The position numbers and the translations under genes are program-made. Below the pieces are notes generated by a model. The model ran no database searches, was not told where the DNA came from, and saw only the letters and a list, made by a program, of their open reading frames with translations. From positions 13,518-77,517 of the forward strand of contig JBFKPQ010000001.1 in assembly GCA_041628225.1 (NCBI GenBank): 64,000 nt of DNA, given 5' to 3'. Of this stretch, positions 56,118-64,000 are shown one piece after another (the first letter of the stretch is position 1; each line of letters opens with the position of its first letter). The stretch is from Acidimicrobiia bacterium. Its GTDB lineage: Bacteria; Actinomycetota; Acidimicrobiia; Spongiisociales; JAENVV01.

Positions 56118-57134
56118 ATGAGCGAGAATCGGCAGCACATGGATGCCATCGTGCACGCGTTCGGCAAGGCGCCGACCAGGGTCCCCGCCATCGTTGCCGG
56201 ATGCTCGATGAGCGGTCGGCACGTCGTGGTCGGGATGGGCGACGCGGCGTCGTCGCCGGAGCCGGGATCGATGGCATGGGAGATCGGCTCGATCACGAAG
56301 GTCTTCACTGGGTTGCTGTTGGCGGAGATGGTGACGCGCGGCGAGGTGGGACTCGACGATCCGCTGGGGCGGTATGTCCCGACCGACGTTGCCGCACGGC
56401 TGCCGGCCGAAGAGGATCAGCCGACACTCCGCATGCTGGCCTCGCACACCGCCGGGCTCCCGCGGATCCCCAGGCAGTGGCTGAGCCGGCTCAGGAAAAG
56501 CGACGATCCGTATGCCGTCCTGTCCGAAGACGACGTGTTCGAGGCGATTGGATCGCACACCGTCCGGCCGGCGAAGACCCGGTTCTCGTATTCGAACTTC
56601 GGTGCCGGACTGCTGGGCCACCTGTTGGGACGTGCCGTGGGACAAACCTACGAAGACCTCGTCGCGCGACGAATCATTCAGCCGCTGGGCCTCGCCTCGA
56701 CGGGATTCGCCGAGATCGACGTGTTCCAGGGGGTCCGAAGGGGAAAGCCCACACCTGCGTGGACGTTCGGTGCTCTGGCGGGAGCGGGTGCGATCCGGTC
56801 GACGGCCCACGACATGCTCACCTTCGCGGATGCCTACCTCCAGGCTCCCGACGGCCCGCTGGGTGAGGCGTTTCTGGTGTCGGAGCAACCCGTGGTGCGG
56901 TCGCGGTCCGGGGGAGTGGCGCTTGGTTGGCTCCTGCTCCGCCGGGCCAAAGACCCGGACGGCACCGTGCGTTGGCAGAACGGGGGGACCTTCGGCGGAT
57001 CGAGCTTCCTCGTCGTGGATCGGCCGCGACAATCCGCCGTCGTCTCGTTCGGCAACACCGGTCCGAGCCTGCTGCGCGCGCCTCTCGACCATGCGTCGCT
57101 GGAGTTGTTCGACTCGATGACGCCGGTGCCATGA
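56118..57134 (+). CDS. Serine hydrolase (beta-lactamase/esterase class C-like fold)
   Basis: S-x-x-K motif GSITKVF; YxN-like and later HTAG elements. Confidence 0.75.
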   Translation: MSENRQHMDAIVHAFGKAPTRVPAIVAGCSMSGRHVVVGMGDAASSPEPGSMAWEIGSITKVFTGLLLAEMVTRGEVGLDDPLGRYVPTDVAARLPAEEDQPTLRMLASHTAGLPRIPRQWLSRLRKSDDPYAVLSEDDVFEAIGSHTVRPAKTRFSYSNFGAGLLGHLLGRAVGQTYEDLVARRIIQPLGLASTGFAEIDVFQGVRRGKPTPAWTFGALAGAGAIRSTAHDMLTFADAYLQAPDGPLGEAFLVSEQPVVRSRSGGVALGWLLLRRAKDPDGTVRWQNGGTFGGSSFLVVDRPRQSAVVSFGNTGPSLLRAPLDHASLELFDSMTPVP

Positions 57135-57180
57135 CCGGTGTGAGTCATGGTGGGCGGGTGCGCACCGATATCCTGGCCCG

Positions 57181-57687
57181 ATGCGCACAGTGATCGCCAT
57201 GGCGATGGTGCTGGCGGCGTGCGGGACTGCGGCGCCGACGGTGACCTCGGCGCCGCCCACGACCATCCCGCCATCCACGACGATGCGACCTGCAGCCGTC
57301 GAACAACTCCCGTTGTGTCAGACGGCCCCGTACGTGCTGACCGATCTGCCGGAGGGCTTCGATGCGGCTGCGACGGACCCGAACGCGGTCGAGCGCGACG
57401 TCCACACGTCCGTGCCCGGTACCTGGTCGGCTGTGTGGGCCGGAAGCGCCGGAGCGCCGGTCATGGCGCTCATCAGGGGAACGCTGCCCGCCGAGAACTG
57501 GGTGGGTACCACCGAGCGGGTGCTGGTGGCCGGTCGGCAAGCGGCCCTGGGACCGTTGCCCGACGGCGTGTGGGGTGTGGCATGGTTCGAGTCCGAGGCG
57601 CGCTGTGACCTCTACACGCTGTTGATCTACCCGCCGGGCACCAGGGATGATGCCCGACGGGTAGCCGAGTCGATCGAACGCCGCTAG
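57181..57687 (+). CDS. Putative lipoprotein (hypothetical)
   Basis: MRTVIAMAMVLAACGTAAPTVTSAPPTT has a signal peptide and lipobox. Confidence 0.5.
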   Translation: MRTVIAMAMVLAACGTAAPTVTSAPPTTIPPSTTMRPAAVEQLPLCQTAPYVLTDLPEGFDAAATDPNAVERDVHTSVPGTWSAVWAGSAGAPVMALIRGTLPAENWVGTTERVLVAGRQAALGPLPDGVWGVAWFESEARCDLYTLLIYPPGTRDDARRVAESIERR

Positions 57688-58637
57688 GCGGTCGGTGCCG
57701 GCGGCGGGGGAGTCTCCACCCGCCGACCGTTGTCGTTGTCGAACAGTTCGGCGATGCCGCCGATGCTGCCGAGAATGCCAGACACCTCCATGGGCAGGTA
57801 GATCTTCGTCGCTTGCCCGTCGGCGATGTTCTGGAGGGCCTCCAGGTACTTGATGGCGATCAGGTCGTTCGTCGGATCGCCATCGTGGATCGCCTGGTAG
57901 ACCCGCAAGATGGCGTCGCCTTCGCCTTCGGCGAGGGCGATCTTCTCGTACTTCTGGGCATCGGCGACGCGTTTGATCGCCTCGGCCCGACCCTCTGCCT
58001 CGAGCACCTGGGATTCTTTGATGCCCTCTGCTCGGAGAATCGCCGAACGCTTGTCACCTTCGGCCTCGGTGACGATGGCTCGCCGGTCGCGTTCCGCCTT
58101 CATCTGCCGGTGCATGGCATTCGTGACATCGGGCGGCGGCTCGATTCGCTGGATCTCGACACGCACGACCTTCGTCCCCCACACGTCGGTGGCGTCGTCG
58201 AGGATCTCGCGCAGTTGGGTGTTGATCGTCTCTCGGGACGTCAACGCCTCGTCGAGCTGCAGCTCACCGACGATGTTACGAAGGTTGGTCTGCGCCAGCT
58301 TCGTTGCGGCCACGATGAAGTTGGAGATGTTGTACTTCAGCTTCACCGGGTCGGTCGCCTGGTAGTACACGACGGCGTCGACCGTGACGACGACGTTGTC
58401 CTTCGTGATGACCTCCTGTGGGGGGACATCGACGACCTGCTCCCGCATGTCCACTCGCTGGATGCGCTCCACGAACGGGATGATGAAGTTCAGGCCGGGG
58501 TCGACGGTTCGTTTGTACCGGCCGAACTGTTCGACCAGCCCTTTCTCGTGCTGGGCGACGATCTTGATGCCGGTCGCCGCGTACACGGCGAGACCGAGGA
58601 CCAAGACCGCGATCAGAATGATGGACCCATCCAGCAT
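57684..58637 (-). CDS. SPFH/band-7 (stomatin/QmcA-like) membrane protein
   Basis: N-terminal TM plus SPFH domain (GIKIVAQHEKGLVEQFGRYKRTVDPGLNFIIPFVERI....). Coiled coil and Pro-rich tail. Confidence 0.85.
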   Translation of the reverse strand: MLDGSIILIAVLVLGLAVYAATGIKIVAQHEKGLVEQFGRYKRTVDPGLNFIIPFVERIQRVDMREQVVDVPPQEVITKDNVVVTVDAVVYYQATDPVKLKYNISNFIVAATKLAQTNLRNIVGELQLDEALTSRETINTQLREILDDATDVWGTKVVRVEIQRIEPPPDVTNAMHRQMKAERDRRAIVTEAEGDKRSAILRAEGIKESQVLEAEGRAEAIKRVADAQKYEKIALAEGEGDAILRVYQAIHDGDPTNDLIAIKYLEALQNIADGQATKIYLPMEVSGILGSIGGIAELFDNDNGRRVETPPPPAPTA

Positions 58638-58666
58638 GATGGCGTTCCTTTCTCTCTAGCTCTCGT

Positions 58667-59443
58667 TCAATCCCATGGTTCGACGACGAGGCGTGACCCT
58701 CGAACGCCGACGACTCGTACCGGGGTGCCTTCGGTGATGACCGGTCCGTTGGTGACGGCACGCCATTCCTCGGTGTCCATCCGGACCCGTCCGGTGCCTG
58801 CGTGGTCGTCGACGGTTTCCAACACCACGGCCCGCGCCCCATCGAAACGGTTGGCGCCGACCGGCAGCTGGTCCTCCTTGGACGGCACGAACCGTCGCAT
58901 GTAGATCAGTGCGGCGACCGAGACGACCAGGAACGCACCCCATTGCACGCCGATGGCTGCGCCGATCCAGGCGAGGATCGCCGCGACGACGGCGCCCACC
59001 GCGAACGGCAGGATGAAGAACCCGGCGGTCAGGATCTCGCCCACGCCGAGGACAAAGGCCAGTCCCACCCAGATCCATCTCCAGAGTTCTTCGTCCATGC
59101 TTCCTCCTTCGTCTACGAAAGCGATCACGAGTGCTGCGACCACCACCGTTGCCACCATGGCGGCGACGTTGGGGACGGTCACGAGTTTTCTGCGAGTAGC
59201 CGTGGCTTCGGCCCAGTCGAGCTGGCGGGGTCCCCGCCGGACTTCGGTCGCCCACTGCTCGGCGAAGGCAGGGAGGTCGGGACCCACCACCTCGGCCACC
59301 GAACGACCGGCGGCCGCCGACTCTTCGAGGTGGGAGGCGAGTTCAACCGTCATCTCGTCGACGGCGTCCTTCGAAACGCCGGAGCTCCGCCAATAGCGCT
59401 CGCAGGCGGCGATGACGTCGTCGATCCGTTGCCGGTCAGCCAC
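58667..59443 (-). CDS. Fusion protein: N-terminal HAAS-like (DUF1700/DUF1048-type, PadR-associated sensor) helical domain + 3-4 TM helices + C-terminal NfeD-type OB-fold
   Basis: N-terminus MADRQRIDDVIAACERYWRSSGVSKDAVDEMTVELASHLEESAAAGRSVAEVVGPDLPAFAEQWA follows the HAAS pattern (..E.i.EL..HlEE....G.S.EEv...GdP...A.E). C-terminus GARAVVLETVDDHAGTGRVRMDTEEWRAVTNGPVITEGTPVRVVGVRGSRLVVEP is a short-NfeD OB fold. Overlaps padR by 8 bp; 29 bp upstream of the SPFH gene. Confidence 0.6.
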   Translation of the reverse strand: MADRQRIDDVIAACERYWRSSGVSKDAVDEMTVELASHLEESAAAGRSVAEVVGPDLPAFAEQWATEVRRGPRQLDWAEATATRRKLVTVPNVAAMVATVVVAALVIAFVDEGGSMDEELWRWIWVGLAFVLGVGEILTAGFFILPFAVGAVVAAILAWIGAAIGVQWGAFLVVSVAALIYMRRFVPSKEDQLPVGANRFDGARAVVLETVDDHAGTGRVRMDTEEWRAVTNGPVITEGTPVRVVGVRGSRLVVEPWD

Positions 59444-59738
59444 GGGTCCCTCCTTTCAATACTGCGTCCACGCCGATCGTGAGACCGGTCCACTCATCCT
59501 TCCACGCGGCGAGCGTCTCTTTGCCCGCCGGGAGGATCCTGTAGTACTTGCGGGGCGGTCCTCCCGTAGATTCGACCAGATACCCCTCGACCAGGTTCCG
59601 TTTCTGGAGACGGCTGAGCAGCGGATAGATACTGCCTTCGCTCACGAGGGTCAGACCTCGGTCGCGCAGCTTCTCGACCATCTCGTACCCATAGCTGGGC
59701 TCGTCGGCGATCAGTGCCAGCAGGCACATGTCGAGCAC
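59436..59738 (-). CDS. PadR-family transcriptional regulator
   Basis: GTG start. MLDMCLLALIADEPSYGYEMVEKLRDRGLTLVSEGSIYPLLSRLQKRNLV is the classic PadR winged helix; 100 aa. Confidence 0.8.
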   Translation of the reverse strand: MLDMCLLALIADEPSYGYEMVEKLRDRGLTLVSEGSIYPLLSRLQKRNLVEGYLVESTGGPPRKYYRILPAGKETLAAWKDEWTGLTIGVDAVLKGGTRG

Positions 59739-59811
59739 GCCTTTCAGGAGTTGTGAACTGTGGTCCAGGTCGCACGTCCTACTATCGTGGTATCCACGCT
59801 ACCATGCGTAC

Positions 59812-59840
59812 CAAGTATCTGTCAACACAAGGTACTTGGC
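59812..59840. promoter_or_regulatory. Inverted repeats upstream of padR (candidate PadR operator)
   Basis: CCAAGTA-n15-TACTTGG (perfect 7-bp arms), plus the neighbouring GGTA-n7-TACC, in the 140-bp region between the padR start and the clpB stop. Coordinates approximate. Confidence 0.4.
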
Positions 59841-59878
59841 TATCCCACCTAGGACGGAGAAGCGCGATCAGGCTGGCA

Positions 59879-62446
<2,568 letters not shown>

Positions 62447-62515
62447 GGGACGCGTTTCCTCAGGTCGGTAGGATTGCCTCGAACCAACGCCGGATAGCGG
62501 TGGTGTATTTCATAA

Positions 62516-62540
62516 AATCTGAGTCGTATCTTATCAGATT
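62516..62540. promoter_or_regulatory. AT-rich inverted repeat in the clpB / thioesterase divergent promoter region (HAIR-like; candidate HspR-type operator)
   Basis: aaTCTGAGT-cgtatct-tATCAGAtt resembles, but does not perfectly match, the HAIR consensus CTTGAGT-N7-ACTCAAG. It is embedded in an unusually AT-rich 40 bp (tgtatttcataaaatctgagtcgtatcttatcagattgtgagg). Confidence 0.4.
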
Positions 62541-62551
62541 GTGAGGCGAGT

Positions 62552-63019
62552 GTGGAAGCGAGAACCCCTGGTCAGTCGTTGACCACGATGACGATGATGA
62601 TGGGTGTGGACCATGCCAACACGGCGGGGTTCGTGCACGGGGGATGGATCATGAAGCTCGTCGACGAAGCGGCCGGCGTGGCGGGTATGCGTCACTGCAG
62701 CGGCCGGGTGGTCACCGCCCAGGTCGATTCGCTGTCCTTCGAGGCTCCCGTTCACATCGGCGATCTGGTGACGCTCAGTGCCATCGTCACCCAGGCGTGG
62801 AACACGTCGATGGAGGTGGAGGTCGAGGTCCGACGAGAGCATCCCCAGACCCGCGAAGGTGGACTGACGACCCGCGCCTACCTCACGATGGTGTGCGTCG
62901 ATGAACTGGGACATCCTCGACCGGTGCCGCCGCTCCTCGTGTCGACGGAGGCCGAGCGGCGACGGCAGGATGCCGCGGAAGCCCGACGGGCAGCCCGCAT
63001 CGCGCTACGGGATCGCTGA
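62552..63019 (+). CDS. Hotdog-fold acyl-CoA thioesterase (YciA/4HBT-like)
   Basis: MMMGVDHANTAGFVHGGWIMKLVDEAAGVAGMRHCSGRVVTAQVDSLSFEAPVHIGDLV. Confidence 0.8.
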   Translation: MEARTPGQSLTTMTMMMGVDHANTAGFVHGGWIMKLVDEAAGVAGMRHCSGRVVTAQVDSLSFEAPVHIGDLVTLSAIVTQAWNTSMEVEVEVRREHPQTREGGLTTRAYLTMVCVDELGHPRPVPPLLVSTEAERRRQDAAEARRAARIALRDR

Positions 63020-63021
63020 GG

Positions 63022-63417
63022 TCAGAGGCGCTGGCCGACGTGCCGGTTGATGGCGTCCAGCACCGCGCGGGCGGCGGCCTCGTCGGGGTCGTTCTCGGCC
63101 ATCACCGCGCTGCCGACGAAGGTTCCGTCCAGGCCTTCGGCTTGGACCTGGGCGATGGCGATCCGCGATGCGCCGAGGTCGGTCGTGGCCACCGCGGCCA
63201 GGTCGAAGCGAGAGCCATCACCCAGTACCGATTCGAGAGCCCTCAGCACGGCCTCGCCGACCAGACGTGGCCGGGCACCGGGAGTCGATGCCCCGACGGA
63301 GTGGCCCTCGTGTTCGGCGCCCTTCCACGTGATCACGACGACGGCGCGACTCTCGTCTCCGTCGGTGGTCACCTCATGGCGATCGAGTACCGGGCGTGCT
63401 GCTCGCATGCCTACCAC
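63022..63417 (-). CDS. Hypothetical 131-aa protein downstream of the AAA+ ATPase
   Basis: MVGMRAARPVLDRHEVTTDGDESRAVVVITWKGAEHEGHSVGAS... Coding-like codon bias; 28 bp after the ATPase stop. Confidence 0.45.
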   Translation of the reverse strand: MVGMRAARPVLDRHEVTTDGDESRAVVVITWKGAEHEGHSVGASTPGARPRLVGEAVLRALESVLGDGSRFDLAAVATTDLGASRIAIAQVQAEGLDGTFVGSAVMAENDPDEAAARAVLDAINRHVGQRL

Positions 63418-63445
63418 GTTAGTGCGTACTAGTCACCGGAGCGGT

Positions 63446-64000
<555 letters not shown>

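Overview
This is a high-GC, gene-dense chromosomal segment; third codon positions are almost always G or C. Gene content and synteny are typical of Actinobacteria, possibly an Acidimicrobiia-like lineage: ask-asd, WhiB, Mrp/ErpA, GlnR, FxsA, SARP. About 70 genes read essentially end to end and most are core housekeeping. They include a C-terminally truncated murJ, lysC-asd, tRNA-Pro(CGG), selA-selB, mrp, erpA, ridA, purB, purA-purD-purE, clpB, a polar amino-acid ABC transporter and a hydantoinase A/B pair. No transposase, integrase, CRISPR array or rRNA is visible. Several modules deserve a second look: (1) glnA-glnR divergent from glnII, with a canonical four-half-site GlnR box in the shared intergenic region; (2) a CarH/LitR-type MerR + B12 light-sensor regulator divergent from an ECF sigma factor, with a palindromic operator between them; (3) a PadR regulator overlapping a gene that fuses a HAAS-like PadR-associated sensor domain to a short NfeD OB-fold protein, followed by an SPFH/stomatin gene (a possible membrane-stress signalling module); (4) an orphan selA-selB pair with no selD, tRNA-Sec or selenoprotein in the window; (5) a small operon just after the tRNA-Pro terminator hairpin encoding a double zinc-ribbon protein, a 63-aa extremely acidic putative mini-lipoprotein and a small Ala/Thr-rich protein; (6) a CNNM/CorC transporter coupled to a stand-alone atypical receiver domain. 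Many long Arg/Gly/Pro-rich ORFs in the six-frame track are antisense artefacts of the high GC content and were not called. Coordinates of genes follow the ORF track with start codons re-evaluated (ATG/GTG/TTG); small motifs may be off by a base or two because they were placed by hand.
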